A DNA stretch of 64,000 bases from Pseudomonadota bacterium (GCA_023386865.1 JAEWIV010000191.1:2665-66664), one strand, 5' to 3'. Counted from the first letter of the stretch, positions 1-11,264 are shown. Program-made: numbers and translations. The notes: generated by a model not told the origin, from the letters alone.

Positions 1-485
1 GCGACACGCTGTTCGCCAACATGTACCGCGCCTTCGAGACGCTATCGCCCGGCCTGCAACGCACGCTGGAAGGGCTGCAGGCGGTGCACGGCTCGGCGCA
101 CATCTTCGGCGCCAAGGGCGTCAACGCCGCCAACCCCGAAGCGGCCGACCGCTACGGCAACCATCACCTGGTGGGCGAGGACGTCCTGCACCCGGTGGTG
201 ATCCGCCATCCGCTGAGCGGACGCAAGTCGCTCTACGTCAACCCGGCCTTCACGTTGCGCTTCGAAGGCTGGTCGGCCGAGGACAGCCGGTCGTTGCTGG
301 ACCACCTTTATCGCCACGCCGCTCGGCCGGAATTCACCTGTCGCTTCCGCTGGCGCGAGGGCTCGATCGCCTTCTGGGACAACCGCGCGACCTGGCATTA
401 CGCTGCCAACGACTACAACGGCGAACGCCGGCTGATGCACCGCATCACCGTCGCCGGCTGCGCCCTGCAACCGGCGACGGCGTGA
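1..485 (+). CDS. TauD/TfdA family 2-oxoglutarate dioxygenase, C-terminal part (5' end outside the window)
   Basis: The frame is open from the window edge (DTLFANMY). Motifs HPVVIRHP..GRKSLYVN and FWDNRATWHYA..DY...RLMHR are present. Confidence 0.9.
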   Translation, partial: DTLFANMYRAFETLSPGLQRTLEGLQAVHGSAHIFGAKGVNAANPEAADRYGNHHLVGEDVLHPVVIRHPLSGRKSLYVNPAFTLRFEGWSAEDSRSLLDHLYRHAARPEFTCRFRWREGSIAFWDNRATWHYAANDYNGERRLMHRITVAGCALQPATA

Positions 486-492
486 TCGACCG

Positions 493-1005
493 TTACTGCT
501 TGAGCCTGATGGTCATGGCCGCGACGCCGGTCGCGAGATTGTAGCCCGCGTCCTTCACCACGCCCGAGGCCAGCATGCCGACCTCGGCGTTGGGGCCGCC
601 GTAGATCCAGTTGCCACCGGCCTGGCTGCCGGCCGCCACCGTGCCCTGTTCACCGACGTAAGTGCCGCCGAGATTGTTCGGTCCGCGGACGTTGCCCAGC
701 GAATAGACGCGCCAGATGGTGTGAACGGCCCTGGTGTAGCCGATGTCGATGCCGACCTTGTCGATGGTGCCGGTGTACTGGGCGCTCTCGGTGCCTTCCT
801 TGTTGAGGAACACGCAATCGAGGCTCTTCTGCGACGCCAGGAGGTAGCCGGTGCTGCCGCCGACGTTGCAGGTGAGCGAGCCGATGTAGATGCGGGAATT
901 GGCGTTGGTGGTGTTGAGCTGCTGGGGCGTCGACTGGCTCATGGTGCAGGCACCCACGGTCGCGGCGAGAGTTGCCGCGATGGCGGCCTTGACGATCAGT
1001 TTCAT
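493..1005 (-). CDS. DUF992-like secreted protein or lipoprotein
   Basis: ATG at 1005 follows GGAG. Signal peptide ends VGAC. Pattern GSLTC..G......S.K.LDCVF...Y.G.I.KVG.DIG. Confidence 0.75.
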   Translation of the reverse strand: MKLIVKAAIAATLAATVGACTMSQSTPQQLNTTNANSRIYIGSLTCNVGGSTGYLLASQKSLDCVFLNKEGTESAQYTGTIDKVGIDIGYTRAVHTIWRVYSLGNVRGPNNLGGTYVGEQGTVAAGSQAGGNWIYGGPNAEVGMLASGVVKDAGYNLATGVAAMTIRLKQ

Positions 1006-1072
1006 CAGTTTTGTATCTCCTTGCCCGTCCGAGTATGGCACAACGCGCCGCAACGCAAGTGGGACGTGGCCG

Positions 1073-1795
1073 TCAGTTCAGCGCCTGCCACAAGAGGGCG
1101 AGGCCCGAGACCACCATCACGATGTCCAGCATGTGCTGGAAGGCAGCGACGCTCAGCCGCTCGACGATCAGCCTTGCAAGGTAGGTGCCGACCATGACCG
1201 AGGAGCCCGAGATCAGCCCCTTGATGATGATGTCGACCGGCAGGGCGCCGAACTGATGGAACGTCAGGGCTTTGCTGACATAAAGGGCAAGCGAGCCGGC
1301 CGCCTCGGTGGCGATGAAGGCGCCCTTGACCAGGCCGTAGGCGGCGAAGGTGGGGACGCTGAGCGGACCGGTCGACACGACGATGCCGGTGAGGAAGCCG
1401 ATGACGGCGCCGGCCATCACCAGGCCGCCAAAGCCGATCGTCATGTTGCGCGCCGCGAGCCAGCGACGGCCCGGCACCATGCAAAGGAAGAAGAGTCCGA
1501 GCGCCACCTCGACCGCATTCTGTGGCAGCACGAGCAGGGTGCGCGCGCCGAGCGCCGCCGCCGGAATGCCGCCCAGCGCATAGGCGCCGACGGCGCGCCA
1601 GTCGATCTCCCGCCACCACGAGGTGATCTTGGCGAAGTTCGACATCAGGGCGACGATCGCCATGATCGGCACCGCCTCGCGCGGCCCGAAGACGATCACC
1701 AGCACGGGCAGCAGGATGACCGTGGCGCCCGTGCCGACCACGCCGCTCACCGTGCCGGCGACGAAACCAACGGCCAGGACGAGGGCGTAGCTCAT
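1073..1795 (-). CDS. TauE/SafE (TSUP) family exporter
   Basis: Hydrophobic 240 aa protein with GFVAGTVSGVVGTG...LLPVL start and an internal G.LTG repeat. Confidence 0.85.
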   Translation of the reverse strand: MSYALVLAVGFVAGTVSGVVGTGATVILLPVLVIVFGPREAVPIMAIVALMSNFAKITSWWREIDWRAVGAYALGGIPAAALGARTLLVLPQNAVEVALGLFFLCMVPGRRWLAARNMTIGFGGLVMAGAVIGFLTGIVVSTGPLSVPTFAAYGLVKGAFIATEAAGSLALYVSKALTFHQFGALPVDIIIKGLISGSSVMVGTYLARLIVERLSVAAFQHMLDIVMVVSGLALLWQALN

Positions 1796-1823
1796 CGGAG
1801 CGGACCTGGAAATTCGCGCGGCG

Positions 1824-4472
1824 TCAGTATCCGATGTTCGGCCTCAGCCACTTCTCCGCCTGCTCGATCGACACACCACGCCGCCTGGCATAGTCCTCGA
1901 CCTGGTCGCGGCCGATGCGGGCGACGCCGAAATACGCCGCTTCCGGATGGGCGAAGTAGTAGCCCGCCACCGCCGCCGTCGGCAGCATGGCGAAGCTCTC
2001 GGTCAGGGTCATGCTGGCGTTCTGGCCGGCGTTCAGCAGTCGGAACAGCTCGGGCTTCTGGCTGTGATCGGGGCAGGCGGGATAGCCCGGCGCCGGCCGG
2101 ATGCCGCGATACTTCTCGCGCACGAGTTCCTCGTTGCTGAGCGCCTCGTCGGGCGCGTAGCCCCATAGCGTCTTGCGCACGCGCTCGTGCAGGCGCTCGG
2201 CGAAGGCCTCGGCCAGGCGGTCGGCCAGCGCCTTCAGAAGGATTTCCGAATAGTCGTCGTGGTCGGCCTTGAAGCGCGCCAGGTGCTCGTCGATGCCGTG
2301 GCCGGCGGTGACGGCGAAGCCGCCGATCCAGTCGGCTTCGGGCGAGATGAAGTCGGCAAGGCACATGTTGGCGCGGCCCGACCGCTTCTCGACCTGCTGA
2401 CGCAGGAAGTAGAGCCGCGAGATTTCCTTGGTGCGGCTTTCGTCCTCATAGAGGACGACGTCGTCGCCGTCGCGCCGGCACGGCCAGAAGCTCACCACGC
2501 CCTTGGCGGTCAGCCACTTCTCGCGCACGATCCGCTCCAGCATCTTGCGCGCATCGGCATGGAGCTTGCGCGCGCTTTCGCCCACCACCTTGTCCTCGAG
2601 GATCGCCGGATAGTTGCCGGCGAGCTCCCAGGCCCGGAAGAACGGCGTCCAGTCGATGCGCTCGATCAGCTCGTGCAGGGGATACTCCGCGAAGATCCGC
2701 GTGCCCGTCACCGCCGGCTTGGGCGGCGCGTAGATCGACCAGTCGATGGGATAGGCATTGGCGCGCGCCGTCTCCAGCGAGACCACCTTCTCCTTCTTGC
2801 CGTCGCCGCGCTCGACCCGGATAGCTTCGTACTCGGCCGCGACCTTGGCGGCGAATTCGCGCGCCTGGTTGCCCGACTCGGAGGTCAGGGCCTGGCAAAC
2901 GCCGACGGCGCGCGAGGCGTCGAGCACGTGCACCGTGGTGCCGTCATAGCGCGGCGCGATGCGAAGCGCGGTATGCACCTTGGATGTCGTGGCGCCGCCG
3001 ATCAGCAACGGCACCTTGAAGCCGGCCCGCGTCATCTCCTCAGCCACCGTCACCATCTCGTCGAGCGACGGTGTGATCAGGCCCGACAGTCCGATCATGT
3101 CGGCGCGATTGTCGTTGGCCGACTTCAGGATCTCCTGGAACGGCACCATCACACCGAGATCGATGACCTCGAAGTTGTTGCACTGGAGCACGACGCCGAC
3201 GATGTTCTTGCCGATGTCATGGACGTCGCCCTTGACCGTCGCCATGACGATCCGGCCCTTCGAGCGTGACGTCGCGGTCTTCTCGGCCTCGATGTAGGGC
3301 AGGAGGTGCGCGACCGCCTTCTTCATGACGCGCGCGCTCTTCACCACCTGCGGCAGGAACATCTTGCCCGAGCCGAAGAGATCGCCGACCACGTTCATGC
3401 CGGCCATCAGCGGGCCCTCGATCACCTCGATCGGCCGTTTGATCTGCTTGCGCGCCTCCTCGGTGTCCTCGACCACGAACTGGTCGACGCCCTTCACCAG
3501 GGCGTGCTCCAGCCGCTTCTCGACCGGCCAGCTGCGCCATTCGGCGTCCTGCGTCTCGACCGCCTCGCCGGTGCCCTTGTACTTGGGGGCGAGCTCGAGC
3601 AGCCGCTCCGTCGAATCGGGGCGCCGGTTGAGGATGACGTCCTCGCAGGCGTCGCGCAGCTCCTGCGGGATCTGGTCGTAGACCTCGAGCTGGCCGGCAT
3701 TGACGATGCCCATGTCCATGCCCGCCTGGATGGCGTGATACAGGAACACCGAGTGCATGGCCTTGCGCACCGGCTCGTTGCCGCGGAAAGCGAAGGACAG
3801 GTTGCTGACGCCGCCGGAGATCTTCACGTTCGGGCAGCGCGCCTTGATCTCGCGCGTCGCCTCGATGAAGTCGACGCCGTAGTTGTTGTGCTCCTCGATG
3901 CCCGTCGCCACGGCGAAGATGTTGGGATCGAAGATGATGTCCTCGGCCGGGAAGCCGACCTCGTTCACCAGGATGCCGTAGGCGCGCTCGCAGATCTCGA
4001 CCTTGCGCTGCTTGGTGTCGGCCTGGCCCTTCTCGTCGAACGCCATGACCACGACGGCGGCGCCGTAGCGGCGCACCTTGCGGGCCTGCTCGATGAAGGG
4101 AGCCACGCCCTCCTTCATGGAGATCGAGTTCACGATCGGCTTGCCGGCGACGCATTTCAGGCCGGCCTCGATCACGCTCCACTTGGAGCTGTCGATCATC
4201 ATCGGCACGCGGGCGATGTCGGGCTCGGATGCGATCAGCTTCAGGAAGGTATCCATCGCCTTTTCGGCGTCGAGCAGGCCTTCGTCCATGTTGACGTCGA
4301 TGATCTGGGCGCCGCTCTCGACCTGCTGGCGCGCGACCTCGATGGCGGACGTGTAATCGCCGTCCAGGACCAGCTTCTTGAAGCGGGCCGATCCGGTGAC
4401 GTTGGTGCGTTCGCCGATGTTGATGAAGGTGGCGCGCGGCGCGTCCTTCGTCTCGTTGTCCTGCACTGACAT
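1824..4472 (-). CDS. metH: B12-dependent methionine synthase: pterin-binding, cobalamin-binding and reactivation domains
   Basis: [22 protein letters not shown] (B12 His ligand), SGLITPSL and [12 protein letters not shown] motifs. ATG at 4472 overlaps the upstream TGA. Confidence 0.95.
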   Translation of the reverse strand: MSVQDNETKDAPRATFINIGERTNVTGSARFKKLVLDGDYTSAIEVARQQVESGAQIIDVNMDEGLLDAEKAMDTFLKLIASEPDIARVPMMIDSSKWSVIEAGLKCVAGKPIVNSISMKEGVAPFIEQARKVRRYGAAVVVMAFDEKGQADTKQRKVEICERAYGILVNEVGFPAEDIIFDPNIFAVATGIEEHNNYGVDFIEATREIKARCPNVKISGGVSNLSFAFRGNEPVRKAMHSVFLYHAIQAGMDMGIVNAGQLEVYDQIPQELRDACEDVILNRRPDSTERLLELAPKYKGTGEAVETQDAEWRSWPVEKRLEHALVKGVDQFVVEDTEEARKQIKRPIEVIEGPLMAGMNVVGDLFGSGKMFLPQVVKSARVMKKAVAHLLPYIEAEKTATSRSKGRIVMATVKGDVHDIGKNIVGVVLQCNNFEVIDLGVMVPFQEILKSANDNRADMIGLSGLITPSLDEMVTVAEEMTRAGFKVPLLIGGATTSKVHTALRIAPRYDGTTVHVLDASRAVGVCQALTSESGNQAREFAAKVAAEYEAIRVERGDGKKEKVVSLETARANAYPIDWSIYAPPKPAVTGTRIFAEYPLHELIERIDWTPFFRAWELAGNYPAILEDKVVGESARKLHADARKMLERIVREKWLTAKGVVSFWPCRRDGDDVVLYEDESRTKEISRLYFLRQQVEKRSGRANMCLADFISPEADWIGGFAVTAGHGIDEHLARFKADHDDYSEILLKALADRLAEAFAERLHERVRKTLWGYAPDEALSNEELVREKYRGIRPAPGYPACPDHSQKPELFRLLNAGQNASMTLTESFAMLPTAAVAGYYFAHPEAAYFGVARIGRDQVEDYARRRGVSIEQAEKWLRPNIGY

Positions 4473-5527
4473 CAGAAGAAACTCGCCGCTTCCATTCCCG
4501 ACAGGCGCAACGCCGGCGGCAGGGCATGCCACTGGCGCGGCTTCACGTCCTTCACCGCCTCGGCGATCGCCTTGATGTGGGCGGGCGTCGTGCCGCAGCA
4601 GCCGCCGACCACGTTCAGCCAGCCGTTCTGCGCCCAGCCCCTCACCAGCTTGGCCGTCATCTCCGGCGGCTCGTCGTAGGCGCCGAGCTCGTTGGGCAGA
4701 CCGGCGTTGGGATAGACGCAGAGCATGCCCTCGACCTGCGGGTTGAGCGCGTTGACGTAGGGATGCAGCTCGGTGGCGCCGAAGCTGCAGTTCAGGCCCA
4801 TGGTCAGCGGCTTGGCGTGCCGCACCGAGTGCCAGAAGGCCTCGACGGTCTGGCCCGACAGGTTGCGGCCGGCGAGGTCGGTCAGCGTCATGGAGACCAT
4901 GACCGGAAGCTCCTCGCCGCGCGCCTCGGCCGCCTCGTCGGCGGCCACCAACGCTGCCTTGGCGTTCAGGGTGTCGAACACAGTCTCGACCAGGATGAAA
5001 TCGACGCCACCGTCCAGCAGGCCGTCGATCTGCTCGCGGTAGATGCCCTTCACCTCGTCGAAGGTGACGGCGCGATAGCCCGGGTCGTTGACGTTGGGCG
5101 ACACCGACAGGGTCTTGTTGGTGGGGCCGAGTGCGCCGACCACGAAGCGCGGCTTGTCGGGATTCGTCGCCGTCGCCGCGTCGCAGATCTCGCGCGTCAG
5201 CTTCGCCGCGGCCATGTTGACCTCGCGCGCCATCTCCGGGATGCCGTAGTCGGAAAGGCTGATGGCGTTGGCATTGAAGGTGTTGGTGGCCAGGATATCG
5301 GCGCCGGCGTCGATGTAGGCTTGGCAGATCGCACCGACGATATCGGGGCGCGTCAGGTTGAGAAGGTCGTTGTTGCCCTTCTGGTCCTGGCTGAAGCCGC
5401 GGCCGCCGCGATAACCTTCCTCGTCGAGGCGATAGGTCTGGATCATCGAGCCGTAGGGCCCGTCCTTGACCAGGATTCGTCTGCCGCCGATCTCGCGCAG
5501 CAGCTCGGCTTTTTCGGTGCGGCTCAT
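4472..5527 (-). CDS. metH: Homocysteine S-methyltransferase domain of split MetH
   Basis: [25 protein letters not shown] and GGCCGTTP (Zn ligands). ATG at 5527 overlaps the metF TGA. Confidence 0.92.
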   Translation of the reverse strand: MSRTEKAELLREIGGRRILVKDGPYGSMIQTYRLDEEGYRGGRGFSQDQKGNNDLLNLTRPDIVGAICQAYIDAGADILATNTFNANAISLSDYGIPEMAREVNMAAAKLTREICDAATATNPDKPRFVVGALGPTNKTLSVSPNVNDPGYRAVTFDEVKGIYREQIDGLLDGGVDFILVETVFDTLNAKAALVAADEAAEARGEELPVMVSMTLTDLAGRNLSGQTVEAFWHSVRHAKPLTMGLNCSFGATELHPYVNALNPQVEGMLCVYPNAGLPNELGAYDEPPEMTAKLVRGWAQNGWLNVVGGCCGTTPAHIKAIAEAVKDVKPRQWHALPPALRLSGMEAASFF

Positions 5528-6444
5528 TGCGGACGTACTCCCAGCAAATGGCAGATGGCGAAGGTGAGATCGGCGCGGTTCAGCGTATAGAAGTGGAACT
5601 GGTCGACGCCCTCGCCGTGCAAGCGCCGGCAGAGGTCGCCGGCCACGGTGGCGGCGATCATGCGGCGGGTCTCGACGTCGTCGTCCAGCCCGTCGAACAG
5701 GTGCGCCATCCAGGCTGGTACCTTCGAGCCGCACAGGCCCGAGATGCGCGCGACCGACTGGAAGTTCGAGACCGGCATGATGCCGGGCACGACCGGAACG
5801 TTGATGCCGGCGGCCGCCGCGCGGTCGCGGAAACGCAGGAAATCGTCGGCCTCGAAGAAGAACTGGGTGATGCAGCGGTCGGCGCCGGCATCGACCTTGC
5901 GCTTCAGGTTCTCGAGGTCGGCCTTGGCGTCCGGCGAATCGGGGTGCTTCTCGGGATAGCCCGCGACGCTGATCTGGAAGTCGCCGATCTTCTTCAGGCC
6001 GCCGACCAGGGCCGCGGCATTGGCGTAGCCACCGGGATGGGCACTGTACTTGCCCCCCATGCCACTCGGCGGATCGCCACGCAGTGCCACGACGTGTCGG
6101 ATGCCGGCGTCCCAATAGGCACGCGCGACATCGTCGATCTCGCCCTGCGTGGCGGCGACGCAGGTGAGATGGGCCGCCGGGTCGATGCCCGTCTTTTTCT
6201 TCAGGGTGACGACGGTGTCGTGGGTGCGCTGGCGCGTCGAGCCGCCGGCACCGTACGTCACCGAGAAAAACGACGGCTGCAGTGGCGCCAGCCGCTCCAC
6301 GGCCTCCCACAAGGTCTTCTCCATCGCTTCGGTCTTGGGCGGAAAGAACTCGAAAGAGACCTTGAGCCGCTGCGGGGCGCGGGCCGGGAACTCGACGGCC
6401 GAGCTGCTGTACGGACGGCTGTGCGGGCCGGTGTCGGGACTCAT
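5524..6444 (-). CDS. metF: 5,10-methylenetetrahydrofolate reductase
   Basis: [35 protein letters not shown] and FHFYTLN motifs. Confidence 0.95.
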   Translation of the reverse strand: MSPDTGPHSRPYSSSAVEFPARAPQRLKVSFEFFPPKTEAMEKTLWEAVERLAPLQPSFFSVTYGAGGSTRQRTHDTVVTLKKKTGIDPAAHLTCVAATQGEIDDVARAYWDAGIRHVVALRGDPPSGMGGKYSAHPGGYANAAALVGGLKKIGDFQISVAGYPEKHPDSPDAKADLENLKRKVDAGADRCITQFFFEADDFLRFRDRAAAAGINVPVVPGIMPVSNFQSVARISGLCGSKVPAWMAHLFDGLDDDVETRRMIAATVAGDLCRRLHGEGVDQFHFYTLNRADLTFAICHLLGVRPQ

Positions 6445-7421
6445 CGGGTAACTCCATCCGCGGAATGGGGGACGTGGCGGGCGCTGGCACGCGTCGGCAC
6501 TTCGCGCTCGCCGCGCCAAATGCCGGTCATCAGCCGACGGCCGGGAAAGTGGATCGGCTCGAGGGGGTTGAGGCCAGCGCTTCGCAGCCAGCCCTGCACC
6601 TGATTGTCGGCGAAGCCGAGATGGACGTGGGCGTGCTCGCGCTTCAGCTCGACCAGGTCGTGCGGCGAGAAGTCGACCACCAGCACGACACCGCCCGGGC
6701 GCACGACGCGCGCCGCCTCGCGGAGCGCGGCCGCCGGATCGTCGGCGTAGTGGAGCACATGATGGATGGTGACGACGTCGAAAGCGTCGGCCTCGAAGGG
6801 CAGGGCATACATGTCGCCCTGACGGATCTCGGCGTTGTCGATGCCCGCCTTGGCGAGGTTCGCGCGGGCCAGCGCCAGCATCTCGCGCGACTGGTCGATC
6901 CCGACCGCCTGCTCGACCTTGGGCGCCAGGACTTCCAGCAGCCGGCCGGTGCCGGTGCCGATGTCGAGCAGCCGGCGCGCGCCGATCGGCAGATGATGGG
7001 CAAGCGCGCGCTCGATCTCGCGGTCGGCGACGTGCAGCGCACGCAGCTCGTCCCAGCGCTGGGCATTGTCGCGGAAGAAGCGTACCGCCGCCGTCTGCCG
7101 CCGCTGTTGCAGGGCGTCGAGCCGGGCGCGATCGGCGGCGATGCGGGCGTGCTTGGCATCTAGCCGGCGCACGAACTCCCGGACCAGGGCGGCATCGTCG
7201 CCCGAGGTCACGAGGCGGAAGCGGGTGAACTGCGCCTCGCGGAAGCGCTCGAGCAGACCGGCTTCGACCAGCAGCTTCAGATGGCGTGAGACGCGCGGCT
7301 GGCTCTGTCCCAGTACATTCACGTAGTCGCTGACCGTCAGATCCGCGCGCGCCGCCAGCGCCAGGATGCGCAGTCGCGTGTCTTCCGCGGCGGCCCGCAG
7401 GAGGGCAAGGAGGTGATCCAT
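6441..7421 (-). CDS. sahR: ArsR HTH plus SAM-binding methyltransferase-domain regulator (SahR type)
   Basis: ArsR motif SQPRVSRHLKLL and class I methyltransferase motif LLDIGTGTG. First gene of the metF-metH operon, with an ATGA overlap. Confidence 0.8.
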   Translation of the reverse strand: MDHLLALLRAAAEDTRLRILALAARADLTVSDYVNVLGQSQPRVSRHLKLLVEAGLLERFREAQFTRFRLVTSGDDAALVREFVRRLDAKHARIAADRARLDALQQRRQTAAVRFFRDNAQRWDELRALHVADREIERALAHHLPIGARRLLDIGTGTGRLLEVLAPKVEQAVGIDQSREMLALARANLAKAGIDNAEIRQGDMYALPFEADAFDVVTIHHVLHYADDPAAALREAARVVRPGGVVLVVDFSPHDLVELKREHAHVHLGFADNQVQGWLRSAGLNPLEPIHFPGRRLMTGIWRGEREVPTRASARHVPHSADGVTR

Positions 7422-7431
7422 AGAATACAAA

Positions 7432-7451
7432 ATATAAGTATATCTTTATGT
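7432..7451. promoter_or_regulatory. Candidate SahR operator (AT-rich imperfect palindrome)
   Basis: ATATAAGTATATCTTTATGT, 14 of 20 positions symmetric, ~10 bp upstream of the sahR ATG. Confidence 0.55.
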
Positions 7452-7617
7452 ATGCAAGAGGTTAGGCTTGTGAAAATTGTTGCTCGACGGCAACGAACCC
7501 ACGCTCTCTTGCCTATTCGCTTCAAACTGCACCGCCCGTGTGCAACACTGATTTTCGAACTTCGTGTCTTTGGCCCGGCATGCCGGGGCCTTCGGGGATG
7601 GACCAGGGTTGGCGTTG

Positions 7618-8427
7618 ATGATCGCAAGCGTGTTCAAGGCGGCCACCCGCGTCCGTCGTTCGGTCGCCGCGACCGTCATTGCCGCCTCCCTGCTGGGGGG
7701 CTGCGCGGTGAACGATACCGGCGCGGCCGAGGTGTGGGACCCGATCGAAACCCCCAACCGCTTCATCTTCTCGATCAACCGCGCCGTCGACATCATGGCG
7801 ATCCGGCCGATCGCCGTGCTCTATCGCGACTGGGTGCCGGAGCCGGCGCAAAAGAGCGTGCGCAACCTCCTGGACAATCTCGGCGAGCCGGTGACGGCCA
7901 TCAACGAGGTCTTCCAGGGCGATCCCAGCCGCGCCGGCATCACCATGGCGCGCTTCCTGGTGAACTCCACGATTGGCCTCGCCGGGTTGTTCGATGTGGC
8001 GTCGATGATGGGCCTCGAGCGCACCAAGACCGATGCCGGCCAGACCATCGGCATTTGGGCCGGCAAAGGCGTCGAGCCCGAGAATGGCGGCTTCTATCTC
8101 GTGCTGCCGCTCGCGGGCCCGTCCAACGCCCGCGACGCCACAGGCCTCATGATCGATTACGCGATCGATCCGTTCCAGATCCTGCCGATCGCGTTCAATT
8201 GGGACTTTTGGTACTACTCGTTGCCGCGCTACGGCCTGAACGTCATCGACTACCGTTCGCGCACCATGTTCGCGCTCGACGACCTCGAGAAGAACAGCGT
8301 CGACTACTATGCCGCGCTGCGCTCCGCCTATACCCAGAATCGCGCCGACCTTATTCGCGCGAAGCGTGACAAGACCGACACCAAGGGCGAACTGGAGCGT
8401 CGCGACAATCTCGCGCTGGTGCGGTAA
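7618..8427 (+). CDS. mlaA: MlaA/VacJ lipoprotein
   Basis: Lipobox LGGC. Motifs DP.E..NR, RFLVNSTIGLAGLFDVA and YLVLP..GPSN.RD. Confidence 0.9.
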   Translation: MIASVFKAATRVRRSVAATVIAASLLGGCAVNDTGAAEVWDPIETPNRFIFSINRAVDIMAIRPIAVLYRDWVPEPAQKSVRNLLDNLGEPVTAINEVFQGDPSRAGITMARFLVNSTIGLAGLFDVASMMGLERTKTDAGQTIGIWAGKGVEPENGGFYLVLPLAGPSNARDATGLMIDYAIDPFQILPIAFNWDFWYYSLPRYGLNVIDYRSRTMFALDDLEKNSVDYYAALRSAYTQNRADLIRAKRDKTDTKGELERRDNLALVR

Positions 8428-8457
8428 GAAGCCTGCGGTAACAATCCGACGAAATCA

Positions 8458-9075
8458 TTGAAGGAGCGACCGTTGCCGCTGCTCGCCCGTCGTCGCCTCG
8501 CTTTTCGCCTTGGCGCTGGTGCTGCCGTCGCACTCATCGCAATGCCGGCGCTCGCCAGCGACCCGGCCGCCGACCTTGTCTCCGCCACGGCGGCCCAAGC
8601 CATCGACATCATCAAGGCCACGACCGGTGCGCAGCGCCAGGCGGCGATTCAGCAGGTTCTCCACACCCGGTTCGACCTACCCTACATGGCGCAGACCGCG
8701 CTGGGGACCCATTGGGCCAAGGCCACGCCCGAACAGCAGGCGCGCTTCGTGAGAGCGACCGAGACCGCCGAAGCCAAGGCCTACAGCGAGCGCTTCGGCC
8801 AGTACAGCGGCCAGACGCTCACCATCGGCAAGACGATGGCGCGGCCCAACGGTATCTGGATCGTCGACAGCCGGCTGAACCAGACCAACGGTCAGCCCAT
8901 CAAGCTCGAATGGGAGGTCCGGCAGCTTCCCGCCGGGCTGCGCATCACCGACGTCAAGATCGAGGGCGTCAGCATGGTCATGACTAGACGTTCGGATTTC
9001 AATTCCTACATCCAGCAGAACGGCGGCAAGGTGCAGGCGCTGATCGACGAGCTCGAGGCCCGCGCTGGACGGTGA
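8458..9075 (+). CDS. mlaC: MlaC/Ttg2D phospholipid-binding protein
   Basis: FDL.YMA..ALG.HW and I.DVKIEGVSM....RSDF motifs. Directly follows mlaA. Start codon uncertain (TTG). Confidence 0.85.
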   Translation: MKERPLPLLARRRLAFRLGAGAAVALIAMPALASDPAADLVSATAAQAIDIIKATTGAQRQAAIQQVLHTRFDLPYMAQTALGTHWAKATPEQQARFVRATETAEAKAYSERFGQYSGQTLTIGKTMARPNGIWIVDSRLNQTNGQPIKLEWEVRQLPAGLRITDVKIEGVSMVMTRRSDFNSYIQQNGGKVQALIDELEARAGR

Positions 9076-9172
9076 ATTGCGCAGCTGACGCCGCCGGCAT
9101 AGACTGATTGGTGGGAGGCGTATCGATCGGCCCGCCGCGAGACCGTAACGGCCGGCCGGAGGAGAGCGCCAT

Positions 9173-9982
9173 ATGGATAGCGCCGTCGCAAAGAACGCAG
9201 CGGAACCCCGCTCGGTGGACCCGGTTTGGGACAAGATTCGCGAGGCGGCGCAGTCCGCTGCCGCGGCCGAACCGGTGCTGGCCGGCACCCTGCATGCCAC
9301 CATCCTCAGCCAGAGCCGCTTCGAAGGCGCGCTGAGCTATCATCTGGCGCGGCTGGCCGGTACGACCGAGGTGCCCGCCGCCCTCATTCGCCAGATCTTC
9401 GACGAGGCGCTGAATGCCGACCCGGCAATCGGTCTGGCGGCGCGCGCCGACATCCGGGCGGTGGCCGAGCGCGACCCCGCCTGCACCTCCCATCTCGATC
9501 CGCTCCTCTGGTTCAAGGGCTATCACGCGCTGCAGACCTCGCGCGTCGCCCATTGGCTATGGCTTCAGGGCCGCCAGACACTCGCGCATTTCCTGCAGAG
9601 CCGCGCCAGCGCTCTGTTCGGACTCGACATCCATCCTGGCGCGCGCATCGGCAAGGGCATCTTCATCGACCACGGCACCGGCGTGGTGATCGGCGAGACC
9701 GCCGTCGTCGAGGACGGCGTGTCGATGCTGCATGGCGTGACGCTCGGCGGCACCGGCAAGGAACGCGGCGACCGCCATCCCAAGGTGCGACGCGGCGTGC
9801 TCCTGGGCGCCGGGGCCAAGGTGCTGGGCAATATCGAGATCGGCGCCTGCGCCAAGATCGCGGCCGGCAGCGTGGTGCTCGAGCCGGTGCCCGCGGGCTG
9901 CACGGCGGCCGGCGTGCCGGCGCGCATCATCGGCTGCGTCGACGTGCCCGAGCCGGCGCTCGAGATGGATCAGCGGATCTGA
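9173..9982 (+). CDS. cysE: Serine O-acetyltransferase
   Basis: RDPAC, FKGYHALQ, DIHPGA.IG.G.FIDH.TG and GGTGKE.GDRHPK motifs. Confidence 0.95.
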   Translation: MDSAVAKNAAEPRSVDPVWDKIREAAQSAAAAEPVLAGTLHATILSQSRFEGALSYHLARLAGTTEVPAALIRQIFDEALNADPAIGLAARADIRAVAERDPACTSHLDPLLWFKGYHALQTSRVAHWLWLQGRQTLAHFLQSRASALFGLDIHPGARIGKGIFIDHGTGVVIGETAVVEDGVSMLHGVTLGGTGKERGDRHPKVRRGVLLGAGAKVLGNIEIGACAKIAAGSVVLEPVPAGCTAAGVPARIIGCVDVPEPALEMDQRI

Positions 9983-9986
9983 ACGT

Positions 9987-10625
9987 TCAGGTGCTGCTCG
10001 CATCGACGGAGTGATGCAGCGCCTTGATCGACTTGATCAGCTTGTGCATCAGCTGCTTCTGGTTGTCGTCGAGCTTGTCGTTGTCGTCGCTCTCGGCCTG
10101 CAATGACAGTTCTGCTTCCTCGAGGCGGCGGATGAAATTCATCGCCTGTTGGGACTTCTCCTGCTCGGTGCCCGACAGGAGCTGGTGCATCGTGAGGTAA
10201 AGCGATGCCAGGCTGCGATTCTGCAGCTCCGGCGTGAGCGGAAACTTGCTCTTGAACATGCCGTCCATGGCGGCCTTGGCTTCACCGACCGTCTTGGCTC
10301 GGCGCAGGCCGTATTCCATCTGGTCGAGGCGGTGCGTGATCTCGTAGCGATGGGCGGAAAGCTGCTGGCGGTTCTGTTGCGCGATCTCGTGATTGTGCTG
10401 GATGTTCTGGAGCAGCGCCGCGCCGCCGGTCAGGACAACCGACGACAGCAGCCACATGCCGACCGAGCTGTTGAAGAAGTCGAACAGCCTCTTGCCGATG
10501 CCGACCTTCGGCGGCGGCGCCGGCGGAGGAGGCGGTGGCGGATTCTCGGTGTCCAGCCGTCTCCTCACCTCGTGACGCAGTTGCTCTTCGGCCTCGATGA
10601 CCCGGCGTTGCTCGTCAGTCAGCAT
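9987..10625 (-). CDS. Hypothetical single-TM protein with a poly-Pro linker and helical C-terminus
   Basis: ATG at 10625 follows GGGAG. Coding-like composition with one hydrophobic segment. Confidence 0.65.
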   Translation of the reverse strand: MLTDEQRRVIEAEEQLRHEVRRRLDTENPPPPPPPAPPPKVGIGKRLFDFFNSSVGMWLLSSVVLTGGAALLQNIQHNHEIAQQNRQQLSAHRYEITHRLDQMEYGLRRAKTVGEAKAAMDGMFKSKFPLTPELQNRSLASLYLTMHQLLSGTEQEKSQQAMNFIRRLEEAELSLQAESDDNDKLDDNQKQLMHKLIKSIKALHHSVDASST

Positions 10626-10715
10626 GTCCGCTCCCTTCGGGCGGTCTACTGCCACAGTCCAATAAGAACTGCATCAACGCTGTGATTGTTGCGCGAAATC
10701 GGTCCGATGGTGCGT

Positions 10716-11255
10716 CTACGGCCCCTTGAGATCGGCCGGGCGGGTGATCGGCCAGATCTTCGACATCGCCCAGCTCACGAGCAGCCCGACCAGGCAGCCG
10801 AAGACGACTTCCGCGACCTTGTGCAAGCCGTGCTCGACGCCGCTCAGCCTGGAATGGGAAGTGACGCCACTGGCGATGACAATGGCCGCCGTGATCGGTG
10901 CCTGACGCCACATCGTCTGGATATGGACGACGTAAGACGACAGCAGGACGGTGACGGCGAGGGCGAATGGCAGCATCCATTCGGCCGGACCGCCGACCAC
11001 GAGGAACAGCAGGCCGACCACGCCTCCCACCAGCACGTTGATGAGGCGGCTCCTGAACATGCGGGCCGCCTCGGTCACCTGTGGATCCGATGCCGCCACC
11101 ATCGAGGCGATCGCCCAGATCGGGTTGGTGTCGACGACGTACGCCAGGGAATACCAGACGATCACCGTGGCGATGGCGACGTTGAGGGCGAACCTGATGC
11201 CGAGGATGTCCTGCGGCATCGTGAATGGCCATTGCATGCCCTTGCCGGTCTGCAT
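10716..11255 (-). CDS. FUSC/aromatic acid exporter family membrane protein
   Basis: WAIAS...R...VLVG pattern, several TM helices and a KVAEVVFGCLVG ending. Confidence 0.7.
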   Translation of the reverse strand: MQTGKGMQWPFTMPQDILGIRFALNVAIATVIVWYSLAYVVDTNPIWAIASMVAASDPQVTEAARMFRSRLINVLVGGVVGLLFLVVGGPAEWMLPFALAVTVLLSSYVVHIQTMWRQAPITAAIVIASGVTSHSRLSGVEHGLHKVAEVVFGCLVGLLVSWAMSKIWPITRPADLKGP

Positions 11256-11264
11256 CCTGAATTA

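Noticed and set aside
4472..6490. 672-aa ORF suggesting a long N-terminal extension on the Hcy methyltransferase
   Set aside because: The first ~320 aa are an off-frame read of metF. The real start is ATG 5527, overlapping the metF stop.
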